Source: Trichinella spiralis (taxonomy: Eukaryota). From it: a stretch of 64,000 nucleotides of DNA. Positions 39,152 to 53,780 of the stretch are shown here, one piece after another; the stretch's first letter is position 1; each line of letters opens with the position of its first letter. The position numbers were made by a program, and so were the translations under genes. Location of the stretch: assembly GCF_000181795.1 (NCBI RefSeq), contig NW_003526943.1, forward strand, positions 8,974,849-9,038,848, in the 5' to 3' direction. Under the pieces are notes generated by a model, which ran no database searches, had not been told where the DNA came from, and worked only from the letters and a program-made list of their open reading frames with translations.

Positions 39152-41691
39152 TATATAGCTGTATATATTTTATCAATTAATTTATTCATTTCATGATTAG
39201 CTGATTTTACATTTTATTAATTTATTAATTGATATTTTTCATTTATTTTTCACAGCAGCAAAAAATCTTATCAACTTTTAAACTGAAACCTTTTATGAAA
39301 AACCGATGCATATCTAAAATTTATAACTATGAACAACAAATTATAACTTTTAAAATACAATTAATAGTTTCCGATCTTCCATTTTTCATAGTTAAATTAT
39401 GAAAAATCTAACCAAAAGAACCATCTGAACACTAAAAACACTTGTTTATTATTATTATTATTATTGTTAAATGCTATTTGGTATAAATGTTGTGAATTTG
39501 TGCATAAATTTTGACAGAATATTATATACTAAATGGATGCCAAATGTTGCGCCAAATCAAATAGAACAAATGCTTAAAATCAAGTTGCTGCAATATATTT
39601 CACATGTTTGTTTGTTTCACCGAAAAATGCTAATGAAAAGTAGGATACTTTTCTCAGCTTGATTGATAATCAGAATTTTGAAATACAATTGTAAAATTTT
39701 CAAAAAAATGTGTGCGTTTTTTATAACCACTAATAATCATAAAAGCACGTCATTCAATTTTCTGTGAGTTACAAAATTGTGAATTCAACATTTTAAAGGT
39801 TCATAATTTTCATGTTTTTAACTAAAAGTTTTCCTTTTTATCAGTAATTCATTCAACTCAATAAACTGTCAGAACACTTTCAATAACAGTCAACAGTCAA
39901 TAAACTGAATCATCTTAAAGTATTTAAATGATCTCAATATGATTGCATTGTTTTGAGTGATTGATTTATTTTTATATATCTGCCAGCTATTGATAGGTAT
40001 GCTAATTATTCATTTGATGTGAACTCCATCAAATTTGTCAAGTAGTGCAGCTTAGAGAATGTTTTCAAAAATAGTCCAAACTAAATGAAGAAAAGTAAAA
40101 TAAAAGGAATTCTATTCGCACTTATACAGCTATTTAAGCAATGTTTTGATTAATTTCATCTTTTCATACATAAATATTTTAATAGCTAACATATAAATGT
40201 GCTATTTATTATTTTTTCTTTTGACTACTATTTATTCATTTAATAAGTCCCAGCAAACTAAAACACACGTGAAAATTAACTTGAACAAGGGCGTAGATTA
40301 AACTTTAACAAGTAAATGCATGAAGCTAAATGCGGCGCACATTTACAATTTGTTTGAAGAAGCATATCCAACAAACATGATTAAGTTGCCTGTTTTTAGA
40401 AGCATATTTTACATTTTACGGTTTTTTATAATAATAAAACTTCACATAATTTTGTTTAGCAAGTTTTAAAAATAACAATAAATATTTGCAATAGTTTTCG
40501 ACTGAGATAAATCTTTTGTAGTTTTTTGAACGAAATTCTTTCAATTCCTCTATTTTAATTCCATATTTTTTAATAAAAAAAGAAAACAGATGAAAAGAAT
40601 ATGTTCCCTGTTAATAACTGAAATACTTCTGCTAATGTAATGCCACGCAATAAGGGAAATAAAATTACCATTTATGATACTATGTATTTAATTTTTCAGC
40701 AATGCGAGAAAGTAGCAAAATAATTAAATAAATATTTCAACAGCGCATACAAATATAATTCACTAATTTAAAACAAAAAACAAAAAAATTTTGACATTAG
40801 ATTATTATTTGATATTTCGATGACTAGCACATAATTATAAAAAATTAATTAGATGTCAAATAATAATTTAAAAAGTATAACTTATTCTTTAAAAAAGTGA
40901 ATTTATAAAAGTTTAAATGGAGACCGTTACAGTTAACAATTATTCAATTTTAACAAAAAAATTAAAGAGAGGTAATAAACAAAATTAAACCAATAACTAC
41001 ACAATAACAGTAATTCATTTACGTCTATAAATTTAACTGAATAAAAAGTCGCCTATTTGAATAATTATAAAATAATATGCACAGTTGAAATTATTCGACG
41101 CTCATTAGAATGACTGAATAAGTGCTTTTTAATTATATTTTCCGTTAAAATTTTGCAATAAATAAATTGATTAATAAAATATTAAATAATAATTACATAA
41201 TTTTATGCACTGTGTACTTCGTAGGTATATGAATTTTTTACTGTAAATAAATGTAAGGATGTAGATTCAACTTTGTACTTGATTATCACTAACAATACTG
41301 TGTTCATTAATACATATTACCTAATATTCATCGTCGTGTTGTTTGGTGATCATCATTAACCGTTGTAAGATTTTTTTGTTATTTATATATTGTATCATTA
41401 TTTTGCGTTTATAAATAAGGCATTATATATTTTCAACATTTTACTGTGATATTTTAGCGAAATATTTATAAATCTAATTATGCTTCTATATAACTTCATT
41501 TTCAGGAACAAATTAATTAGTCTGTTTTGTTTTCAAAAGAAATATAATAAAGTAATTTTTAAATTGTATGATTATTTGAATGATCAATATTGAATAAAGT
41601 CTTTATATGCAGTCAGTTTTCCATTTATTCTTATCTATAACCCATATGTAATGTTTTGCGTTACTTTTCAGTTGAAACTACAGAATAAGAA

Positions 41692-42616
41692 ATGGTTACA
41701 GAAGACATTTTTGTTGCTGCTGAGGAAACGAAGAATGAAATCTGTGCCAATCAAGTATGTATTTTAGTAATTTATAAATGATTTTAGTTTTGTAAATATT
41801 GTTTAATTACATATGTGATAACATTCCACAACACAACATGCATTGATTGTAATTCTTCATTTCATTTCATGTTTATTCAGTTTCTTAATTCATTTCCATT
41901 TTTAGGAGGATGCCGATGCCTCTCAGACTAAAGAAATTCCCAAACATCCTTTACAGAACACTTGGGTAATCTGGTTTAACAAACGTAATCCCCATTCTAA
42001 ATCGAAATCAGAAAACTCACCTGATTCTGGAGTGGAAGTGGCGTCATTTTCGAATGTTGAAGACTTCTGGGCGTTAGTATCACTAATTGAGTAAATGGTT
42101 TTCAGTAATCATTAATGCACTTTTAGTATTTACAACTTTATACAAAAACCAAGCATGTTTAAATCGGTATGCGATTTTAACATCTTTAAAAAGGGCATTC
42201 GTCCAACTTGGAAAGACAAAAAAACAGAAGGTATATCAGGAAGATGGACTATTCGATTGGATAATCCTTCGCCAACTTATGTCGACCAGCTTTGGTTAGA
42301 ATTGTTGATGGCTATGCTTGGTGAACAGTTTGGTGAGTACGGGGAACACATTGATGGTGCGGCGTTTAACATTCGTAATGGTATTAAATTAAACCTGTGG
42401 ACATCGTTGAAACTTGAGCTCATCAAAGAATTTATGGAAACTGAAGGAACCATGAATGGTGACATTAGAAAGCAGATCATTGCAGCAAAAAATGAAGAAA
42501 TTGGGTTAGTTTAGTTTTTGGAAGTTATTTATTTATGTACGTATTTTTATTCTAGAAAGCTTTTGAAAGATAAGCTGAACGTGCACGAGAATGTTACTTG
42601 GGAAGGCTTTTGGTGA
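41692..42616 (+). CDS. eIF4E-family protein, divergent
   Basis: Exons 41692-~41754, 41906-42072, 42127-42504 and 42556-42616: KHPLQNTWVIWF, FSNVEDFWAIYN, DFNIFKKGIRPTWKD, GRWTI, LWLELLMAMLGEQF, GAAFNIRNGIKLNLWT. Confidence 0.93.
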
Positions 42617-42999
42617 AGCGTGTTGATTTTTCCCATTTTTATGGAACATTGTTAGGGCAGTTATGCAATGAATTTTCCAAGTTGCTTTGTGAATTTTACA
42701 TTTCAGAATTAAATATGTTCTACCATACGCTGCTTGTCATTCAAAAACGCTTTAATATAATGTACAGAAATGCAAAAATGCTACCATTGCTTCCATTGTT
42801 ACATAAACAGACATGTTGGATTTCTTACGTTTAAATCGTTACATTCACAAAATTTTAAGTCCTTTGAATGTTGAAAATAATTGTATAAGACTATGTACAT
42901 CATTCTTTTTATTTATAAAAACTTAATAAAATAATAGTATATAATATTGTAAATCAAGTTTTATTAAAGGAAAACATTTTAAACTGTCTAAAAAGTTGA

Positions 43000-43423
43000 C
43001 TATTTTTTTTCAACTGCCACATCTTCATCAGGGGTTTCCAAAATTCTCAACAAGCGACCCCGCTGAATTTCCGCTTGTTCCAAGAGTCCTAACTGATATG
43101 CTGATTCTTGAAGAGTTTTGATATGTTCCATTAGTTGATCTGGTGTTAACTGACCTAATTCTGAAATGACAACATTACACAAATTATTTTTTAAAATTAT
43201 ACTTACCGTTCATATACTGAATATCACATGCTTCGATTTGGAAATTGACGTTAGATGCTGACTGGCCACTATAATTCAGCTCTTTTTCGGTAAAATCCAT
43301 CAGTCCTGGTAGTTTTTCTGGCCAAATTTCAGGAGATTTACAACCTGAAAAGCTTTCTTCGCATCGAAGTTCATCTTCAAGTTTTATCGCAGTTTCTTTA
43401 TCTTTAACTTGATTTGATTCCAT
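43000..43423 (-). CDS. lin-52: LIN-52 (MuvB/DREAM subunit)
   Basis: Exons 43207-43423 and 43000-43160: SPEIWPEKLPG and ELGQLTPDQLMEHIKTLQESAYQLGLLEQAEIQRGRLLRIL. Confidence 0.93.
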
Positions 43424-45825
43424 TCAAAGTTCAATCCCAACTGATACATAAACAAGTAAAACGTTTGCGAATGGAAAATCGAGTTCAAAACTAAAATGAT
43501 TAGCATACTGTATTTCTCAAATCAAAGTGTAAATTTATACTAAATTACTGAATTCACTTATTAATCTCATTGCATTCACTTAATTTATTTAATATTTTAA
43601 TGTATGCATATTATTTTTCAATAAATACATAGTAATTAATTTGATCAAAATTTATCATAATGGACAAATACAAATTGTTACAGTAAAAAACTAAAGAAAT
43701 GTAGGTAAAGTAGGTAGGCAGGTAAGGTGATTATTAATTGCTTTTGCTTAATTGTGAAATTCTGTTCTAGAAAATAATTTTTCACATTTTTGATTATATC
43801 AGATTAGAAAAAATTTCAAAATATATTCACTGTAAGACGTGTAACTATTTTAAATGCCAAATCGATTATAAATTAGTTTCCCTGGATTAGCAATCAACAA
43901 TTTTTATTAAGCAAGTCGGTTTGGAAATGATTTTTTATGCTTATTTGGTGGCACTGCGTGTTAATCAGAATCGCGTAGGCAGTTAATCGTTGGCCATAAT
44001 TTAAGTGTGTCCTGCTTCTTTTAATATTTTCTTACTTATAACGGAAACGTGGTAATTTAATTATTTTCTTTTTCAAATAGTTCAAATTTCCATTTTCCTT
44101 ATTTTCTTTGAACTAATTTCAGAACTAAATTCTAGAATTGTTTTGCATCTGAAATATCTGTCGGATAATGTTGCACCACAAGGTAAATTAGTAATCGAAT
44201 CTCACAGCTTGCAAATGCGTGATGATCATATTGATCTAGAGCAATACTGCAGGTGCTAGTAGAGTGAAAGAATTTTCATAAACAACATCTGAACAAATCG
44301 CTAACATATTGATCGTTGTCAATTATTATTGATGAACGGAATTTTGTTTTTTTGTTGTCATTAATATTCTTAGTATTTTTCAACGATTAATATCATGTTA
44401 GAAATAAAGTGAATGCTCACAGCATGCTTTTGTTTTTTACGGATACTGCGTCGTCCTTCCAAAGCATATTTTATTACATTCAGCGTGCACATTTTCTCTT
44501 GCTGTTCCTGGATTGAGAATACGTTTTTACTTTTAGTATGCTGTAAATATTTTTATAAATTTTTAGGCGAATCTGCTTGAAGGTTGAAATTATCCTTCTA
44601 CACAACTGAATAGCTGACGTCAGTAATAAATTTTTCACACTAATAACATTCTTTACTAAGATGATATTTTTTTATTCAGCTATTGATAAGCATTTTTGGA
44701 AAATGTTGGTTTTCTTTGACTACAACGATGAATGAATTTTCATTGCTTATTTTTGATTGCTGCTTGTATAAATAATTTTGGCACGAAACAAATTTTTATT
44801 ATTGTCATAATATGTATTACCAAAACAAATATTTTTGTATATGTCTAAATTAAATATATTAAGTACTGCTGTGACAAATTATTCAGTTTAACTTGGTAAA
44901 GAAACAAATTGAAACGATGTTTAAATATGCGCATAATCTCATGCATTAATATTCATTTTATTGTCATCTACTAACCGAACTTTGTATTCATCATTTGTTT
45001 AAATTTAATATTATCATCTATCGTTATTTCTAAAATAGTTGACGTCAAATTTTATTATGTCATACATTCGTGAAATTTGAAATGTCATATTTCTTTTTTG
45101 TTTATCCATTATTGAAAAAGCAAACAGATTGTATGTAATTTTTATTTTTTGTGCAGCTGCTGTTTGTTTTTCAAAAATTATTTCGACAATAATTCAGTGT
45201 TATGTTAAAATTTACATTTCTTGCAAAGCATTAATCCAAGCATACTTGACAGCTTTTATCATCTTGCAATTATTTCCAGTAATTTACCATTCATTAAAAA
45301 AATATTTTTCCTTCACTGAATTACATTACACATGTTCATATGAATTTCAGTATTAACTATTTTTAACTGTGCTTTATAAGAGTGTAAAAACACTTGCACA
45401 GTTCTTCGTTGTTTGATGATAAAATAATATTAAAATTTGCATTGATTTTTGAAATATTGTTGCAGTTTTATCCGAATTATGGAAAAAAATATCACATTCA
45501 CATGCATGAGTAGTATTGACAGAATTTGAATTATTTCAAATCCTGTTAGACAAATGACGTCAAAAGTATATACACCGAAATATACTTCATCATTATTTTC
45601 CCATATTCTTAATGATCATTTTAAAAACATAAAGTTTTTAATAAAACTGTGAAAACCGAAACAACAAAGTAACATTTCAGCAAAACCGAACAAACAATTT
45701 TTGATCAAAAGGAACAACAATTAATTATTTAAGTACTAATGATGGCTCTGGTCAATGATGGGGGGGGGGGGGAAGAATCATATTTCTTTGGCAACGGATA
45801 AACAAGCACGACATCAAAGTATTTT

Positions 45826-48421
45826 TCACAATGCTTTGTGTCTCACTTTTTCACTTCTCGTTTCTTCATGATAGTCTGGAAACAACTCACCATTGTAACC
45901 TTCCAAAATCCACTGCTGCAATAAATTTTCCTTGTAGCATTCTGCCATAACTATCATATTATTCAATGGGGTTAAACAAGCACGACTCTGCCGATGACGA
46001 AATTGATAGGTCTGCAATAAACAAATTATTTTAATGGGGACAGTTACAAATTTTAAAAAAGTGAAAGAAAAATTACATTAGGATCATAATCCCAAATCTG
46101 AGATTCATCATTGTTGCATTGCTGAAGAAATATTGGACTGTCGGCTTTTCTAGACGCTTGCAAACACAGTTCATCAGCACGTATATTTAATGTACCTGTA
46201 TAACTCCAAACCTGTACAAAAGAAAAATTGCATTGGACAAGGAAAAATTAACACACTTTCATAAAGAGTACTTGATTTCCACCCGAATTGTGACAAGTCA
46301 ACAAAGCTGGAGAACCAGATGCTTTACGTCCCATGGTATCTAGGCAAAGATCGTTCTTTTCATTTTTTATCTTAAATGAATAAATGCACAATTTAATAAA
46401 CAACGACGCACTCATATTAACTTACATAGCCTATACTGTAATACGTTGGTGGAATATTACTTTCTGGATAGATGTTTTTCAAATACCACTTGAATGACTT
46501 GCAACCAAGCCGTTTTCTCAAAGCAATCCGATCGCTGATATTGCCAAGTGGTGCAAACATTGCGCCTGAACAATAAAACAAAATATAATTTGTAAATTTA
46601 AAAAAATAACTGCTACAAATAAATAAAATGAAAACAACACGTAAATAAATAACATACTTGGTGTCATCTTATAATAGAATTCTTTGTACTCGTCCATCCA
46701 TACTTCGGCAGTTCTTCTAGCATTGCCGTAAATAACATTTGAAGTACCTCCTTCGAATGTATAAGGCGTTTGCTTTCGAAACACATGGCCAACATGAGAA
46801 CATGGATTTATTTCCAAAGTTCCACCGCACATCCATACCTACACAACACGAACAATATTATACAAGATACAAAGTATCTACGTTCTCGTACTGTCGCCTT
46901 ACTCTGAATGAAATTTCCAAATTTTCACCACCCCATATGCGCATCCCCTCGTCATAAGCTCCAATATCGAAAAAATACTTTCGATCAATGGAAAACAACC
47001 CTCCAGCAATAGTTGGAGTACTGTAATAAAAAAAACATTTTTTACATAAGCAACAAAAATACAATTTTCAAAAAAATACCGTATGGGTGTAGTCTTATTT
47101 TTTCCGCGCCTTTTCTGCTCTCGTGCCGACGCTTGGTACCACCGAAAGTTCATTGTCCAACTGAAACCACCCCATGTTGATTCCGCCGCCGTGACATACT
47201 GGAATGTGTCGTCAGATATAACATCAATAACTGGAGCTACAACTCGTGTTCTAGAAAAGTTCGACAATTGAATTGCAATGCTACTTTGAAAATTAGCATC
47301 AGAGAATAATCGTAATTTTTATTTTTTCAATTAAAAAAACCAACCTATCTTCAGAAATTCGGGACAGCAGAGGTTCCAACCAACCGTCCGTTACCTCGAC
47401 GTGAGCATCGAGAAAAGTCAAAACATCACCTTTAGCTATCTCAGCACCGCGTACTCGACCAACAATTAAACCGGATCTCTGGGGCAACCGTATCAACGTG
47501 TGTGCAACTGGTATAGTTTTAAGGAAGGATTCCACAAGAGCTATTAATTCATCTTGAAAAATTAAAAAATAAAATCAACCAAATATGACAAATGTTCCGA
47601 ATGTTCAACGTCAGCATACCCTTTTCACTGGCATCATCGACTAGAATAATTTCCTGAAGAATAATTGTTCTGTACAGTCGACTTTATAAGAATATATTTA
47701 ATAAAAAGCTTACTTCCAAATAATCCACAGAAGATCTATTAATCACACTTTGTACAGTGCGCATCAAAGTAGACCATGCTTCATTGTGAAAAACAATCAC
47801 GACAGATGTTTTCAAAGAAATTTTCTCATACTTTATCGAACGACATCTGAAACAGCAAAAAATTACAACAAACAGTTAACCACATTTCATATTTTAAATT
47901 AAAATGCAGTTAATACATTTTAAACAACTGTATTTTTATTTCATCAAAATATATTAAAGCATTTAGTTCTAATAATTAAATAAATACAAAAAAAATCTTA
48001 CGCAGATGAGCGATAATCTGGCAAAGTACGATTCAAAGATATACGTTCCGAAGCAACCACATTAAACTGATTCTCTTTGAATCTTGCTTTCACTTCACTT
48101 TGCAAACTGCTCTGAATAATCACAGGACTTCCCATTTCACCGGCCCCAGGCGATTTTGATTTCATCGCTAAAATTTTTTTTCTCCATTTTTTAAATTATT
48201 AATTCAAAAATGAAAACATCACTCCAACCTGCCAATAAAGTCTGCAATGCACTGTCTCCGTTGCTGAAGTTGGCATTAATCCTAGGATGCAGTCGACTAA
48301 TCAACACTTTCTGCGATTCCGAATACCCGATGTCGGCAAAAAACATTGCATAAACAAAATAAATTACAATCCAAGCGCAGATAACAAAAAGTGCAAAACG
48401 ACAATATTCCTTGCGCCGCAT
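45826..48421 (-). CDS. Polypeptide N-acetylgalactosaminyltransferase (GT27, GALNT1/13-like) with ricin lectin domain
   Basis: N-terminal signal anchor, [72 protein letters not shown], and QxW ricin repeats. Confidence 0.95.
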
Positions 48422-51400
48422 TGTATTTCAAATAATTCTAAATTATATAAAATGAAATTATATTATTTTCTAATAAATATAAACTATACATGTATATGAT
48501 AAGTTAATAGAAAATGCTTTTCCATACTTCAGTAATTTTAAAAAGCGTTTCAAAATACTTTTTAATGAAATAACACAGCTTCAAAATATAAGAAATATTC
48601 GAATATTTGAAAGATTAAAAACCATAAAGTGAATCATATGAGATCATAACAAAAATTACTGCAGTTCACAATGCATTTGTAATTAAAAGAGGAGAAGAAA
48701 CACAAATGAAACTGATAAGATCAACAATTTATAAAGTGAAATAATAATAAAATGAAGATGTAAAGAGAAAAATAAAACTCTTGAAATAAGCACAGACAAC
48801 AACAGCAATATGTTTACACAGTAGAGAGTAATGCAAACCGTGTCAACAGTAGCAAAAGAAACTATCTTCAATGTACTGACAATTGTCTGCATTTCCGTTG
48901 CATTATTTACCAAAATTTCGACTACCAATTGCAACTTAGAAAAACCAAATCTTGTCAGAAATAACAATTTAAGTATGCAGCAACAATACAATTAATCCAA
49001 AATTGATGAAGCTGACAACATTATATTAGTCATCATTGAAGCATTAATTAAAATTATGAAATATAATTACAACTTTTCCTTAATAAAGTTTAAACAAATA
49101 AGTATTTACATCAATCTCTTCAAATAACCGTAGCACAATAAAAATCGTTCAAAACTTTAAATGTTATTTGAAAATTCATAATATGCGCGTAATTAGATAT
49201 AAACCAAGTTAACCGAAAAAAAATCCTGAAACAGAAATAACATTTCACAATACAAAATACATATGATATTACTGACAAAAAAGTTTAAAGAAACTGATAT
49301 CTTAAATTACACTAACGTGCCAAAATTTTCACTTTATGCAATCATGCAATGTAACCATCCAAAAATCGATCAGCAATTCATCTGATTTTAAAGTATTATT
49401 TCAAATAAAAAAGAAACTTTTACCAAAGTAAATAGTTGCTGAAATTTCTAACATTAATAACATATATAATATGATATTGCTGCAATTTATTTCCATATCT
49501 TTTTTTATAGTTGAAAGATGATCTTCATAAAATAGGTGCCGCAAAAGACTCTTGACAAAAGTACCAAAAATGTAATATTCTTCAACTCAAAAACTCAGCA
49601 GAACAAGTTTGAAAATCAGATAACAAAAGTATAACCATATATTTAATTATTTTAGTTTACAAATAATAAAATTCATCAAATTATTTAGAATTACATTGCA
49701 CACCTGAAAACAGTAGAATACGTTATTACAGTCATATTTATGTTAATTCTAAAGACTGTGAAGCTGATAATTCAAATAAAAATAAATTTAAGCAATCATA
49801 AGTGACTGAAAAATTAAACAAAAGACAGCAATTCTTAAAGCAGTTCTAAATAAGTTATTTCATTACGTTAAAGTAGTATACTTCATAAAGTGAACGTTGA
49901 TATATATTTACATTTATTTACATAATCTAAAACAACTAGATATTAAACATTTGAAAAGTAAAATTTAACATCCTTCAAATTCATACCTTTCAATTTGACG
50001 TTTTTTCCAAATAAAACGGAAAAGTCTAAAATAGTAATTAATCATGAAAATGCAACAACATTTTATAAAAACATTTATAAAATAGATGAAGTATTAAACT
50101 CATCACATTTACGCAAAAAACAAAGTTAAAAAATAAATTTACTTTAAGCACCTAAAGTATAACAAAATACGTTTCAAAGCAACAGCTGCATTGCAAATAA
50201 CCACCTTACAGTATCTTCTGAATAAATTATTAGGTTTAAATTTACAGTATCATTTATTTTTTAGTATTTGAAAAATTAGATTAATTGAAATAGTGTCAAA
50301 CATTAATTTATGACTGAAAATGGTAAATTCCTATAAAATATACATTTGGTAAAATATGTTTTCAAGTCTTTTCATGCAAAAAATTTGTGAAATTTGAAAT
50401 GACATGAAAATGAAATACGCAGACTTTTAGTAATAACTATTATTCATAAGCTTTACTGAAGGATCATTGCATTTAATCCACCTTTTTAATTTTCTTATGA
50501 CATATAATTTATAATGGAAGTATTTATTTATTTGGATAACTGCTGATATCATTTTTGCATAATTTATGCATACTGAAATCCCAGTCGCTTCAGGCGTAAC
50601 TGGACACACTGGGAACCATCAGTTGTCAGTCATTGAACAATGATGCGGATCCAAAGAATTGTATAATCAAAAATTTTTTAACCAAGCGATTTGAATTTAT
50701 TCAACCGCCAGACAGTTGTACAGTTCACTTGAACTTGATTGTAGCTGTCGTGAGAAAGATAAGTATAACGTGAGGAGCAACATACGTACATGACAATTAA
50801 CTTGCGGGAAATATGAACGTTTACACTTTTTACTGCTCTATCACTTACTTCATTGCTTAGCAGTGCCATCTCATCTACTTCGCCGCTGTCTCAAGTCATT
50901 ACCTTAAAAATCAGATAATCAGGTACAAGTCACATTTTTCTATTAGAAATATGTTACAAATGTTATCCATGGCATTTCAGTTTAGCATTTGAAACCGAAA
51001 ATGAAATTTAAGTCAAATTATTTGTTAATCGTGAAATTTACTTTTAAATTTTAACGTGATAATATTTATCAATAAAATGCAATATCCATTTGGTTGATCA
51101 AAATTAACGCTAATTCAACATGGAAAATGTTTATAACAGCAAAGCTGAACAATTCAAACTATGATGTATATCTGATTTTTGTTAATTTTGTTAATTGCAC
51201 TTAATTTTTTGTTGTTTTAAATCAATCAAAACTTTAATTTCAATTTCATATTATTGAACAATAAATAATACTTGTAAAACAGTTTGTAGACATGCGTTTG
51301 TATTTAATTTTTGAAATGACAGATAATAATCTTTGAAAATAATTTGTGTAATTCATAATTTAAAAAATATGAAATTGATGAGAAATAATGAGATTTTTAT

Positions 51401-53747
51401 TGACTTATTATATTAAGAAAACTTAATCAACAATATGCTCATTTCTTCATTTTTCAAGAGCAGCTGCTTTTTCATGAAAGCATGAGATGAAAAAATCACG
51501 TCAGACATGCGTCAGAAAGTGATCAGCGTTGAATCGTCTCAGTGTATCGTATTTGAAGATTGCTATTTCAAAAAAAAAGTTACCGCCACAAAGGGATGAA
51601 TAATTCAAAGTAATCTAAACAGCAATTGGAATGATGCCATCTATATAACCCGACGATGTGGTGAAATGATATTTGCAATACTTTTGCATGCATAGTTGAT
51701 ATTTGTTTCAGCTAGCCCATAGCTGCGCTGTGGGAAGGTTTTCAGGTGACTTTAGTCGGTGTTATATCTTGATATTTATATTCAAAAATAATTAGCATAG
51801 TTAGCATCGAATTGGCACAGAGAAGTGAAGATTGAATTCAATGCAATTCTCATTTTTACATAAAAACGTGTGTATTTCTTTTTTTGTACTCTTGTAAAGT
51901 AAGTTTTTTGCATATCCTTGTACAAGTTTAATGTTCATCTGATTTTTTTAAATTTCACTAGAAAAACACTAAACTATATAAGTTTTATTTTATTAGCTAT
52001 TTCAGTTGAAACAAAACTATGCAACATCGTGACTTTTTTAAAATTCAATCAATCACATTATTTGCAGTCTTTACACTTTTTTGTCAGATGGGATTTATGT
52101 TCAAAATATATAAAATCATGTGTTTCATTTGAAAATAAAAGTTAAAAGTTAATGGGATAGTTAAATTTCAGTTTTGCAATCAAAAAAACTGCCTTAAGAA
52201 GTTGAAAAGATAAATTTTTGCAAATCAGACTCTAGTCAGCTGTTTCATACACTAACATCTGTGGAGATTTATTGAAAGCTTATTTTTTTATTTAGCAATT
52301 TATTAGCTTTCACACACGTTGTATTTCTTATCGATGTGCATAAATTTGCCAAACTTTAAAGGATGATGAACATTCTGTTTGAAAATGAGTCATATTACTA
52401 AAAATAATTTTAAGAGAAGTGTTTCTCAGCTTTTTTATTGCTTTTAAATTGTAAAATTTCAAGAATACACTAGGGAACCATTTTATTTATTAAATTCTAC
52501 AAACTGAACATTTTATTATTCATTATATGCTGCAATAGAGGCGTTGCAATGTAAATTTTTATTTTACATTAAGCAATTTTTAAAGGTGCCAGAGTATTAT
52601 AAATGAAGAAGAATTCCATGCGATAACGTGATATTTGAAATATTTCGTTCTAAATGGAGCAATCAGTAGTTAGTTGGAATCATCCAAATGTTGTTAATAA
52701 AATCTTAACTTCTTTGTTTATATAATAACATTATTTTGAGCTGAACATGAACAAATATTATTTTAACTTTAAAGTAGATATACTTTTCACTGTTTGGTAG
52801 CTTATTTTTTTTCTCGTTTAATTTGTGAAGCATAAAAATATTTTATTTTAGCACTGTTGATGAATATTCTGAATTTAAATATAAAGGCAGAAAATTTTTT
52901 TCTAATCAAAGTTTGTATTAATATAACTCATTATTTCTTCTGTAAATAATGCATACATTGAATTATAAGCACACATCAAATCATATTCCACGGTATTCAG
53001 TCACTGCGTAATTTTTACATTTAAATTCAAAAGGTTTATGTTCAATGTTTTTGTAATGTTTTTTCCATAATCTGTAATAAATTATCCAAATTAGCTGCAT
53101 TCAGAATAAGTATTTGTATCAAAGCTTTTAATAAATTTAGCTTTTGTCAAATGTAAATTAATTATAATATTTTCATTTTGAGAATTATAAATTATTAGGC
53201 ATGTAATTTAAATGAAGTAAAATTTGTGATTTCCTTTAAAATTTCTAATTTTTGCTTGCTATAGTTTGATCTTCTCGATTTTATTGTGACATTTGCAAAT
53301 AACTTATAGCGTTCTGAATAAGTGTAAGATGAGAGGTTTATAATAAGCATTATTTGAACATTTCTCGCTTTTTAAACATATCATCATTATATTTTTTCAG
53401 TGAAATGACTTATAAATTTAAAATAATTACCAATAATTGTATGAATAATTTTTGATCTTCATTTAATATTGATTATTTTTTATCTTGGCATGCAAGTTAA
53501 AGCAAGCAAATGATAAAAATATTGATCTGACTAGCAAGAAGGTCATCAATCTGTAAAATAATAGTCTGTAATTTGTTATATATTCGTGACAAAAAAGTAA
53601 AAATTCAAAGTTATTTATTGCATTTATTTCAAGTTGCTTATTTTAATATTCGTGAGTAAACATGTTATTGTTGTTGTTGTTGTTGACTAATAGCGAAATT
53701 CATGCATATAGGTAGCAGTAAAAGTATAATTTGTTATTTGAAACGAA

Positions 53748-53748
<1 letters not shown>

Positions 53749-53778
<30 letters not shown>
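53749..53778. repeat. (AAT)n microsatellite
   Basis: About 10 tandem AAT units. Confidence 0.85.

Positions 53779-53780
<2 letters not shown>

Noticed and set aside
45759..45772. G14 homopolymer downstream of GALNT (G-quadruplex potential)
   Set aside because: Simple homopolymer with no other evidence of function; its length is error-prone.
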